Assembly: GCA_002269645.1 (NCBI GenBank)
Contig: NIVC01001016.1
Location: forward strand, 186,001-250,000
Length of the DNA stretch: 64,000 bases
Direction of reading: 5' to 3'
DNA from: Macrostomum lignano
Lineage: Eukaryota
Shown here piece after piece: positions 33,601 to 44,259 of this stretch. The position numbers and the translations under genes were made by a program. Positions within the stretch are counted from its first letter, which is position 1. Each line of letters opens with the position of its first letter. The notes beneath the pieces were generated by a model. That model saw only the letters and a list, made by a program, of their open reading frames with translations. It made no database searches and was not told where the DNA came from.

Positions 33601-36600
33601 TACTGAATCGCCGGAATTCCTTCGTCTAATGTCGCAATCGTCTGCCTACGCCGAATTAGCTAGCGATCGCGTCAGCAAAGAGCAGGACAGCTATTTCAAT
33701 ACGCTGGAGCGTAAGGAGCAAGTCGAAGCGAAATTGGCCACCATTACGGAGAGGAAAGTTCGGGTAGCCGACTGCGCCCAGTGCGGAGTGAGGTGTCAGC
33801 AGCCTAGCGAGAGGTGCAAACGAGAGGGACACCAGCTGGATTGGACTACTGCGGTGAAGAGGCCGTTCAAGTGAGACTCATGGTTGCTTGCTTGCTGTTG
33901 GGATTGGGACTCTTTTCATGGGGATCGGGACTCTTCATAGGGATCGGGACTCTCTTCATGGGGATCGGGACTCTTCATAGGGATCGGGACTCTCTTCATG
34001 GGGATCGGGACTCTTCATGGGGATCGGGATCGGGACTCTTCATAGGGATCGGGACTCTTCATGGGGATCGGGATCCGGACTCTTCATGGGGATCGGGATC
34101 GGGACTCTTCATGGGGATCGGGATCGGGACTCTTCATGGGGATCGGGACTCTCTTCATGGGTATCGGGACTCTTCATGGGGATCGGGATCGGGACTCTTC
34201 ATGGGGATCGGGACTCTTCATGGGGATCGGGACTCTTCATGGGTATCGGGACTCTCTTCATGGGTATCGGGACTCTTCATGGGTATCGGGACTCTTCATG
34301 GGTATCGGGACTCTTCATGGGGATCGGGACTCTTCATGGGGATCGGGACTCTTCATGGGGATCGGGACTCTTCATGGGGATCGGGACTCTTCATGGGGAT
34401 GGGGATCGGGACTCTTCATGGGGATCGGGACTCTTCATGGGTATCGGGACTCTTCATGGAGTTCGGGATCGGGACTCTTCATGGGGATCGGGACTCTTCA
34501 TGGGGATCGGGATCGGGACTCTTCATGGGGATCGGGATCGGGACTCTTCATGGGTATCGGGACTCTTCATGGGGATCGGGATCGGGACTCTTCATGGGTA
34601 TCGGGACTCTTCATGGGGATCGGGACTCTTCATGGGGATCGGGACTCTCTTCATGGGGATCAGGACTCTTCATGGGGATCGGGACTCTTCATGGGGATCG
34701 AGACTCTTCATGGGGATCGGGACTCTTCATGGGGATCGGGACTCTTTATGGGTATCGGGACTCTCTTCATGGGGATCGTGACTCTTCATGGGAATCGGGA
34801 CTCTCTTCATGGGGATCGGGACTCTCTTCATGGGGATCGGGACTCTCTTCATGGGGATCGGGACTCTTCATGGGGATCGGGACTCTTCATGGGGATCGGG
34901 ACTCTCTTCATGGAGATCGGGACTCTCTTCATGGGGATCGGGACTCTCTTCATGGGGATCGGGACTCTCTTCATGGGGATCGGGACTCTCTTCATGGGGA
35001 TCGGGACTCTCTTCAAGGGGATCGGGACTCTTCATGGGGATCGGGATCGGGACTCTTCATGGGGATCGGGACTCTTCATGGGGATTGGGACTCTTCATGG
35101 GTATCGGGACTCTTCATGGGGATCGGGATCGGGACTCTTCATGGGGATCGGGATCGGGACTCTTCATGGGTATCGGGACTCTTCATGGGTATCGGGATCG
35201 GGACTCTTCATGGGGATCGGGATCGGGACTCTTCATGGGGATCGGGATCGGGACTCTTCATGGGTATCGGGACTCTTCATGGGGATCGGGACTCTTCATG
35301 GGGATCGGGACTCTCTTCATGGGGATCAGGACTCTTCATGGGGATCGGGACTCTTCATGGGGATCGGGACTCTTCATGGGGATCGGGACTCTCTTCATGG
35401 GGATCAGGACTCTTCATGGGGATCGGGACTCTTCATGGGGATCGAGACTCTTCATGGGGATCGGGACTCTTCATGGGGATCGGGACTCTTCATGGGTATC
35501 GGGACTCTCTTCATGGGTATCGGGACTCTTCATGGGTATCGGGACTCTTCATGGGGATCGGGACTCTCTTCATGGAGATCGGGACTCTCTTCATGGGGAT
35601 CGGGACTCTCTTCATGGGGATCGGGACTCTCTTCATGGGGATCGGGACTCTCTTCATGGGGATCGGGACTCTCTTCATGGGGATCGGGACTCTTCATGGG
35701 GATCGGGATCGGGACTCTTCATGGGGATCGGGACTCTTCATGGGGATTGGGACTCTTCATGGGTATCGGGACTCTTCATGGGTATCGGGACTCTTCATGG
35801 GGATCGGGATCGGGACTCTTCATGGGGATCGGGATCGGGACTCTTCATGGGGATCGGGACTCTTCATGGGTATCGGGACTCTTCATGGGGATCGGGATCG
35901 GGACTCTTCATGGGGATCGGGATCGGGACTCTTCATGGGTATCGGGACTCTTCATGGGGATCGGGACTCTTCATGGGGATCGGGACTCTCTTCATGGGTA
36001 TCGGGACTCTTCATGGGTATCGGGACTCTTCATGGGGATCGGGACTCTTCATGGGGATCGGGATCGGGACTCTTCATGGGGATCGGGATCGGGACTCTTC
36101 ATGGGGATCGGGATCGGGACTCTTCATGGGGATCGGGACTCTTCATGGGGATCGGGACTCTTCATGGGTATCGGGACTCTTCATGGGGATCGGGATCGGG
36201 ACTCTTCATGGGGATCGGGATCGGGACTCTTCATGGGGATCGGGACTCTTCATGGGTATCGGGACTCTTCATGGGGATCGGGATCGGGACTCTTCATGGG
36301 GATCGGGATCGGGACTCTTCATGGGTATCGGGACTCTTCATGGGTATCGGGACTCTTCATGGGGATCGGGACTCTCTTCATGGGGATCAGGACTCTTCAT
36401 GGGGATCGGGACTCTTCATGGGGATCGGGACTCTTCATGGGGATCGGGACTCTCTTCATGGGGATCAGGACTCTTCATGGGGATCGGGACTCTTCATGGG
36501 GATCGAGACTCTTCATGGGGATCGGGACTCTTCATGGGGATCGGGACTCTTCATGGGTATCGGGACTCTCTTCATGGGTATCGGGACTCTTCATGGGTAT

Positions 36601-38598
36601 CGGGACTCTCTTCATGGGTATCGGGACTCTTCATGGGGATCGGGATCGGGACTCTTCATGGGGATCGGGATCGGGACTCTTCATGGGTATCGGGACTCTT
36701 CATGGGGATCGGGACTCTTCATGGGTATCGGGACTCTCTTCATGGGTATCGGGACTCTTCATGGGTATCGGGACTCTCTTCATGGGTATCGGGACTCTTC
36801 ATGGGTATCGGGACTCTTCATGGGTATCGGGACTCTTCATGGGGATCGGGACTCTTCATAAGGATCGGGACTCTTCATGGGTATCGGGACTCTTCATGGG
36901 GATCGGGACTCTTCATGGGGATCGGGACTCTTCATGGGGATCGGGACTCTTCATGGGTATCGGGACTCTTCATGGGGATCGGGATCGGGACTCTTCATGG
37001 GGATCGGGACTCTTCATGGGGATCGGGACTCTTCATGGGGATCGGGACTCTTCATGGGTATCGGGACTCTTCATGGAGTTCGGGATCGGGACTCTTCATG
37101 GGGATCGGGACTCTTCATGGGGATCGGGATCGGGACTCTTCATGGGGATCGGGATCGGGACTCTTCATGGGTATCGGGACTCTTCATGGGGATCGGGATC
37201 GGGACTCTTCATGGGTATCGGGACTCTTCATGGGGATCGGGACTCTTCATGGGGATCGGGACTCTCTTCATGGGATCAGGACTCTTCATGGGGATCGGGA
37301 CTCTTCATGGGGATCGAGACTCTTCATGGGGATCGGGACTCTTCATGGGGATCGGGACTCTTTATGGGTATCGGGACTCTCTTCATGGGGATCGTGACTC
37401 TTCATGGGAATCAGGACTCTCTTCATGGGGATCGGGACTCTCTTCATGGGGATCGGGACTCTCTTCATGGGGATCGGGACTCTTCATGGGGATCGGGACT
37501 CTTCATGGGGATCGGGACTCTCTTCATGGAGATCGGGACTCTCTTCATGGGGATCGGGACTCTCTTCATGGGGATCGGGACTCTCTTCATGGGGATCGGG
37601 ACTCTCTTCATGGGGATCGGGACTCTCTTCATGGGGATCGGGACTCTCTTCATGGGGATCGGGACTCTTCATGGGGATCGGGACTCTTCATGGGTATCGG
37701 GACTCTCTTCATGGGGATCGGGACTCTTCATGGGGATCGGGACTCTTCATGGGTATCGGGATCGGGACTCTTCATGGGGATCGGGATCGGGACTCTTCAT
37801 GGGGATCGCGACTCTCTTCATGGGTATCGGGACTCTTCATGGGTATCGGGACTCTTCATGGGGATCGGGACTCTTCATGGGGATCGGGACTCTTCATAGG
37901 GATGGGGATCGGGACTCTTCATGGGGATCGGGACTCTAGATGTGGGATCGGGACTCTAGATGTGGCATCGGGACTCTAGATGTGGGATCGGGACTCTAGA
38001 TGTGGCATCGGGACTCTAGATGTGGGATCGGGACTCTAGATGTGGCATCGGGACTCTAGAAGTGGCATCGGGACTCTAGATGTGGGATCGGGACTCTAGA
38101 TGTGGCATCGGGACTCTAGATGTGGGATCGGGACTCTAGATGCGGGATCGGGACTCTAGATGTGGCATCGGGACTCTAGATGTGGGATCGCGACTCTAGA
38201 TGTGGCATCGGGACTCTAGATGTGGGATCGGGACTCTAGATGTGGCATCGGGACTCTAGATGTGGGATCGCGACTCTAGATGTGGCATCGGGACTCTCGA
38301 TGTGGCATCGGGACTCTCGATGGGGATTGGCACAAAAAGTTCATATGGTGTCACACTTTTTAAATCGCTATGGTATTTTGTGGATCATGACCTAATTAAA
38401 CTACCTAATTTCACCAGGTGCAAGGACTGCAAGCAGACGACGTTCACCTTGGACTGCCGCTATCCAACCGAGCCGTGCCGCCGCTGCGGCGGGCAGAGCT
38501 ACGAGAAGACCAGCTTCGCTACCGAGCGCAAGGGGCCCACGCTGGAGAGGGACGTGCTGCTGGCTAGGGGCGAGGAGAGAAAGTTCGTGGGTCAGTAG
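24607..38598 (+). CDS. MCM10: DNA replication factor Mcm10, 6 exons, ~848 aa (start codon tentative)
   Basis: Exons 24607-25204, 26053-26604, 27525-27766, 31209-31745, 33434-33870, 38418-38598 sum to 2547 nt = 849 codons with consistent phases. OB-fold motifs (YSIWRLADL, LFLFGKVHEAHWK), CCCH finger (CGRPTK...CQNAVNLAVCPVCEYH) and C-terminal Zn motifs (CAQC...C...H...KRPFKCKDC...CRRC...LLARGEERKF). Confidence 0.92.
25354..25593 (-). mobile_element. tRNA-derived SINE (~240 bp) with 10-bp TSD
   Basis: On -: A box (GCAGCCCAGTGGTCAGAG), B box (GGGTTCGATTCC), 3' stem-loop ACATCTGCC-TATTGG-GGCAGGTGT and a TTATT-type tail. Flanked by CTTCAGTAAA at 25344-25353 and 25594-25603. Confidence 0.82.
25766..25824 (+). 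mobile_element. 5'-truncated retroposon 3' end sharing the SINE tail
   Basis: GTTGCACATCTGGCCCAATTAGGGCAGGTGTAATC followed by (TAT)n; nearly identical to the tail of the SINE at 25354-25593 but in the opposite orientation. Confidence 0.7.
26680..27230. repeat. Minisatellite, 22-bp unit (GATCTCGTAGGTCATTAGTTGG)
   Basis: Degenerates toward both ends. Confidence 0.9.
27900..28053. repeat. Left TIR of the Chapaev-like element
   Basis: Reverse complement of 30767-30920. Confidence 0.95.
28268..30385 (-). CDS. Chapaev-like transposase, 705 aa
   Basis: N-terminal H-x7-C-x2-C...D-x3-P-x3-C-x2-C...C-x-C-x2-C zinc region. Putative catalytic D (KIGIDGGG), D (LAVDMK) and E (WSEQASE), plus CPWC and H-x4-H (KVHAVFEH) motifs typical of CMC/Transib/RAG1-like cores. 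Confidence 0.88.
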   Translation of the reverse strand: MPNPSCGASHAENRLKVCLICMQKGNSMKPIGETVLTRIRRFFMPSCNLDDEQLPAAVCTRCRTLLADIEAGKREEDALPRSFDFSSIKMTVLTRSTTMCECGICTAARWTPIGKGLGSRKVSAHPRGRPSSGIEDPLPEAQPVSTCMRCYSVLGKGISHNCNVTQRRKNLSLQFAMDKRGAEIHASDLIKTKCTSGAFLSTQLATRGPYQLTVTTTAQCKNFCATFVDKPVTAKEFNRFQNTLGLSGQQTKLAAEFLRNWKGRKSVDSGLMSKLRQLDEELGDFFDVKAMQLEVGKDAATEMRHVVYCKDPEGLIDSLLYHRCIEEGNFEVKIGIDGGGNFLKVCLTIVRIGAEQQPKTKTSYSAAACSSRFCDSGVKKLLILAIFEDVRESYFNIKAVLDLLRLQQVRFSLAVDMKMANALLGLQCASSSHPCPWCELNCKEFCSIHHEVPLRSFGSIRQNANSYQELVQQTSSTRHSAARFKNCVRMPLLDFPDETLVINIVPPMELHLMLGIVNRLFKELYSRLQSISNCTIRAQDFANRLNIWQAPYQGGQFTGNHCSKLLNSVDSLEQMLQDCGAIAAMPIVQALRTFREVCRTCFGLVLLDGYDAAIKAFAAAYKDVGIPVSPKVHAVFEHVAPFLRNQPQMPGSALHGLGFWSEQASEAVHADFSRLWDSSYKVAKMSAQYSKQLLKCTIVYNSRHQ
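30767..30920. repeat. Right TIR of the Chapaev-like element
   Basis: Reverse complement of 27900-28053. Confidence 0.95.
30921..31190. repeat. Minisatellite, 22-bp unit (CACCCACCTCACTCCGCAGACA); also at 27850-27899
   Basis: Interrupted by the Chapaev-like element. Confidence 0.9.
31805..32290. repeat. Minisatellite, 22-bp unit (CACCCACCTCACTCCATAGACA)
   Basis: Same family as the array in the preceding intron. Confidence 0.92.
32630..33330. repeat. Compound minisatellite (AATTAGGTGTCAGATACTCGGT, then GTCAGACGCTCGGATTAAGAT)
   Basis: One unit grades into the other near 33110. Confidence 0.92.
33900..38325. repeat. 4.4-kb intronic satellite (TCTTCATGGGGATCGGGAC, 19/21/25-bp variants; terminal 20-mer TCTAGATGTGGCATCGGGAC)
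   Basis: Fills MCM10 intron 33871-38417. Confidence 0.97.
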
Positions 38599-38599
38599 C

Positions 38600-40410
38600 C
38601 TGACCCATCCTCCTACTGACCTTGATGGGGATCCTGACCCATCTTCCTACTGACCTTGATAGGGATCCTGACCCATCCTCCTACTGACCTGGTTGGGGAC
38701 TTGGGGATTCTGACCCATCTTCCTACTGGCTTGAATGGGGATCCTGACCCATCCTCCTACTGACCTGGTTGGGGACTTGGGGATCCTGACCCATCTTCCT
38801 ACTGACCTGGTTGGGGACTTGGGGATCCTGACCCATCCTCCTACTGACCTGGTTGGGGACTTGGGGATTCTGACCCATCTTCCTACTGACTTGAATGGGG
38901 ATCCTGACCCATCCTCCTACTGACCTGGATGGGGATCCTGACCCATCTTCCTACTGACCTTGATAGGGATCCTGACCCATCCTCCTACTGACCTGGTTGG
39001 GGACTTGGGGATCCTGACCCATCCTCCTACTGACCTGGTTGGGGACTTGGGGATTCTGACCCATCCTCCTACTGACCTGGTTGGGGACTTGGGGATTCTG
39101 ACCCATCTTCCTACTGACTTGAATGGGGATCCTGACCCATCCTCCTACTGACCTGGATGGGGATCCTGACCCATCTTCCTACTGACCTTGATAGGGATCC
39201 TGACCCATCCTCTTACTGACCTGGTTGGGGACTTGGGGATCCTGACCCATCTTCCTACTGACCTGGTTGGGGATCCTGACCCATCTTCCTACTGACCTTG
39301 ATAGGGATCCTGACCCATCCTCCTACTGACCTGGTTGGGGACTTGGGGATCCTGACCCATCTTCCTACTGACCTTGATAGGGATCCTGACCCATCCTCCT
39401 ACTGACCTGGTTGGGGACTTGGGGATCCTGACCCATCCTCCTACTGACCTGGATGGGGATCCTGACCCATCTTCCTACTGACCTTGATAGGGATCCTGAC
39501 CCATCCTCTTACTGACCTGGTTGGGGACTTGGGGATCCTGACCCATCTTCCTACTGACCTGGTTGGGGATCCTGACCCATCTTCCTACTGACCTTGATAG
39601 GGATCCTGACCCATCCTCCTACTGACCTGGTTGGGGACTTGGGGATCCTGACCCATCTTCCTACTGACTTGAATGGGGATCCTGACCCATCCTCCTACTG
39701 ACCTGGATGGGGATCCTGACCCATCTTCCTACTGACCTTGATAGGGATCCTGACCCATCCTCTTACTGACCTGGTTGGGGACTTGGGGATCCTGACCCAT
39801 CTTCCTACTGACCTGGTTGGGGATCCTGACCCATCCTCCTACTGACCTGGTTGGGGACTTGGGGATCCTGACACATCTTCCTACTGACCTGGTTGGGGAT
39901 CCTGACCCATCCTCCTACTGACCTGGTTGGGGACTTGGGGATCCTGACCCATCTTCCTACTGACCTGGTTGGGGATCCTGACCCATCCTCCTACTGACCT
40001 GGTTGGGGACTTGGGGATCCTGACACATCTTCCTACTGACCTGGTTGGGGACTTGGGGATCCTGACCCATCTTCCTACTGACCTGGTTGGGGATCCTGAC
40101 CCATCTTCCTACTGACCTGGTTGGGGATCCTGACAAATCTTCCTACTGACCTGGATGGGGATCCTGACCCATCTTCCTACTGACCTGGTTGGGGATCCTG
40201 ACACATCTTCCTACTGACCTGGTTGGGGATCCTGACCCATCTTCCTACTGACCTGGTTGGGGATCCTGACACATCTTCCTACTGACCTGGATGGGGATCC
40301 TGACACATCTTCCTACTGACCTGGTTGGGGATCCTGACACATCTTCCTACTGACCTGCTTGGGGATCCTGACACATCTTCCTACTGACCTGGATGGCGAT
40401 CCTGACACAT
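38600..40410. repeat. Minisatellite, 31/42-bp units (GACCCATCCTCCTACTGACCTGGTTGGGG...)
   Basis: Starts immediately after the MCM10 stop codon. Confidence 0.95.
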
Positions 40411-40889
40411 CCTTATTCAATTGAACTATTTGTTCTCTTTTATTGATTTTTGTACAAACTTGGACTTTGCAATCATTGGTTTACTAAATATCGTTATTTT
40501 CATACTTCTCTTTGCAACAAATATACTATTAGCAATATTATGCATTTTTGGCTTTTGCAATTACTATTGCTATCCACTTTTACTTTTTATAATCTATGTC
40601 CAACCTATTCAATATTGGTTTGTGTCGATTGCAATTTGCTTCTTTCTTAATCAATAATTAAGCATTTCTCTGCGATTTGTTTCAAATCACTTTTAACCAG
40701 CTTAATGCATTTAAGCAACCAGTTTAAAATAGTACCAAAAATATACTGAAGCAAAACAAACACTTACGTGCATATTGCCCCAAAACAATTACGGTGCTAA
40801 ATCTACTAAAATGTGTCTGGCTGCTAATTTTTCGCTTTTTTGTTTTTTTTATCCGGCTGTAAAACCTTCAAGTACTCTTAAAGCTTGAC

Positions 40890-41330
40890 GCCCAGGCACC
40901 CACCCCAATGTACACTCGCTCCCGACCAGCCCCCAGCCACCCATCCCAATGTACACTCGCTCCCGACCAGCCCCTAGCCACCCACCCCAATGTACACTCG
41001 CTCCCGACCAGCCCCCAGCCACCCATCCCAATGTACACTCGCTCCCGACCAGCCCCTAGCCACCCACCCCAATGTACACTCGCTCCCGACCAGCCCCTAG
41101 CCACCCACCCCAATGTACACTCGCTCCCGACTAGCCCCTAGCCACCCACCCCAATGTACACTCGCTCCCGACCAGCCCCCAGCCACCCACCCCAATGTAC
41201 ACTCGCTCACGACCAGCCCCTAGCCACCCACCCCAATGTACACTCGCTCACGACCAGCCCCCAGCCACCCACCCCAATGTACACTCGCTCACGACCAGCC
41301 CCCAGCCACCCACCCAAATGTACACCACTA
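40890..41330. repeat. Minisatellite, 41-bp unit (AATGTACACTCGCTCCCGACCAGCCCCTAGCCACCCACCCC)
   Basis: About 10 copies. Confidence 0.93.
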
Positions 41331-42054
41331 TGTCATCTTCCTAATTAAGCTTTAGATAATTTATATAAGATAGGAAAACGATGTTAAAATCTAACGCCAG
41401 TTACACCTCGCTTTTGTCTAGATGGGAATGTGAGACTGGTTTTGTTTTCTAGATAAAGAAAGAAATATTTCAAACAGATATTCGTTTAGTCACCAATAAT
41501 TGCTAGAAAAGTTCTTTTTCTACTTCTCAGCATTGCAAAGTGGACAAATTCATTATTATATTGTCTAGCACTTTCGAGCCTATTCAATTAATTATCTTAA
41601 TTGTGCGCCTGACCGACCCTGGGCAGCGTAAAGTTGACGCTATAAGCTTGTAATTGGGTGGGGCAAGGTGAGGTCTCTATGCAACCAACTCGCGCCTCTG
41701 GCTTCACTCCCACACAATCAGCAAATATGGCCGGCACTGCGGTGACTCGAATCTCTTACGAGCTATATTATTAGCACTTGAGAAGAGTTCGGCGCGTGAA
41801 AATTTGCTCTTCTTTGTCGGTTGTGCTAGGTGCGACTATTGGCTTATTTGCAGTCGGATCTATATTCATAACCTATGCATGCCAGCTTGAAAATCAGAGA
41901 TAGAAAGGCTCTCTGATCGATTGACAACAGAAATTCGCTGCAAGCTATCGAAATTATATTTTTTCTGCGGCTGAATTAAAATATTTCCTACCTGCGTGGG
42001 CGACAGTTAAAGTGCTTGCGTGGGAGACACAAAAGCTAACGACTGGGAGCAGTG

Positions 42055-42169
42055 GACTGACTGACTCACTCACTCACTCACTCACTCACTCACTCACTCA
42101 CTCACTCACTCACTCACTCACTCACTCACTCACTCACTCACTCACTCACTGATTGACTGACTAACTAAC

Positions 42170-42214
<45 letters not shown>

Positions 42215-42347
42215 GACTGACTAACTAACTAACTAACTAACACACTAACTAACTGACTAACTAACTAACTAACTAACTAACTGACTAACTAACTAACTAA
42301 CTAACTAACTGACTGACTAACTAACTAACTAACTAACTAACTGACTG

Positions 42348-42382
<35 letters not shown>

Positions 42383-42383
42383 G

Positions 42384-42422
<39 letters not shown>

Positions 42423-42863
42423 GACTGACTAACTAACTAACTGACTAACTAACTAACTAACTAACTGACTGACTAACTAACTAACTGACTGACTAACTAA
42501 CTAACTAACTAACTAACCAACTAACTAACTAACTAACGAACTAACTGACTAGCTAACTAACTAACTGACTAACTAACTAACTGACTGACCAACTAACTAA
42601 CTGACTAACTAACTAACTGACTAACTAACTAACTGACTGACTAACTAACTAACTGACTAACTAACTAGCTAACTAACTAACTGACTGACCAACTAATTAA
42701 CTAACTAGCTAGCTAACTAACTAACTAACTAACTGACTAGCTAACTAACTAACTAACTAGCTAACTAACTAACTAACTAACTAACTAACTGACTGACTAA
42801 CTAACTAACTGACTAACTAACTAACTGACTAACTAACTAACTGACTGACTTACTAACTTACTG

Positions 42864-42897
<34 letters not shown>

Positions 42898-42933
42898 AAA
42901 CAAACTAATAAACAAACTAACTAACTAACTAAC

Positions 42934-42968
<35 letters not shown>

Positions 42969-42975
42969 TTAACTG

Positions 42976-43009
<34 letters not shown>

Positions 43010-43037
43010 AACCTAACTAACTAACAAACAAACAAAC

Positions 43038-43083
<46 letters not shown>

Positions 43084-43084
43084 G

Positions 43085-43144
<60 letters not shown>

Positions 43145-43205
43145 TTAACTGACTAACTAACTAACTAACTAACTAACTAACAAACAACCTAACTAACTAA
43201 CAAAC

Positions 43206-43258
<53 letters not shown>

Positions 43259-43263
43259 GACTG

Positions 43264-43320
<57 letters not shown>

Positions 43321-43325
43321 GTAAC
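42055..43325. repeat. Compound microsatellite (ACTC)n then (ACTA)n
   Basis: Direct inspection. Confidence 0.97.
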
Positions 43326-43724
43326 TAGCTAGCTACCCAACAAAATAACGAACTAACAAAGTTAACTAAGTCTTAGTTAACTAGGACCTAGCAAGGAAAG
43401 CTAAAAAGACAGAGAAAATGTTTCTATCATACACCTAATCTGCTGCAGGTGGTGGGAATTAGTTCAAGACAGAACAATATGTTTGTTATTTTGAATTTCT
43501 GAATATCAGAGCGAGCGCAACTGCATTCGGTGCAGCATGACTGCTCTCGAGTTTCTGTGCGCCAGTGCGGGGTTGTGTTCCCGAAAATTCTGGATTCCTC
43601 ACTGACACTGTATCAGTCTCCTGCATGTGTTCATCTCCGCTTCCATCCATCTGCGTCCATCTCCAGTGCTCCGCTCTGCTGTTATGATATTAACATTTCG
43701 GTTTGTAGAAATTTTTATAGAAAA

Positions 43725-44040
43725 CAGTGAGAGTAGGAAATATAATGCAGTGAGAGTAGAGAATAGAATGCAGTGAGAGTAGAGAATAGAATGCAGTGAG
43801 AGTAGAGAGTAGAATGCAATGAGAGTAAAGAATCGAATGCAATAAGAGTAGAGAATAGAATGCAGTGAGAGTAGAGAGTAGAATGCAATGAGAGTAAAGA
43901 ATCGAATGCAATAAGAGTAGAGAATAGAATGCAGTGAGAGTAGAGAGTAGAATGCAATGAGAGTAAAGAATCGAATGCAATAAGAGTAGAGAATAGAATG
44001 CAGTGAGAGTAGAGAGTAAAATGCAATGAGAGTAGAATGT
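43725..44040. repeat. Minisatellite, 23-bp unit with 69-bp higher-order period (GAGTAGAGAATAGAATGCAGTGA)
   Basis: Direct inspection. Confidence 0.88.
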
Positions 44041-44259
44041 AGTCTTGCTCTGAAATGTGGTTAACCAAGAATTCAATTCCAATCGAACCCTTTGTCTTTA
44101 TTTTTATTTCTCCAAAAAAGGTCAGTAGCCGATAAAACGAAGAAATTGTTTTAATTTGTTCAGAGTTGGCAGCATGTTGAACCATTCCCTACTTAAATGT
44201 AGACGAAGTTGTTGCATTGGTCCTGAAATCATTTTAGTTTGAGTTGATGCCGAACTGAC

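Noticed and set aside
33814-37979. ORFs of 869-1292 aa in three frames
   Set aside because: Stop-poor satellite filling an MCM10 intron; being open in all frames argues against coding selection.
41600-41790. GC-rich island with a B-box-like word on -
   Set aside because: No A box, TSD or second copy in the window, so it cannot be supported as an element.
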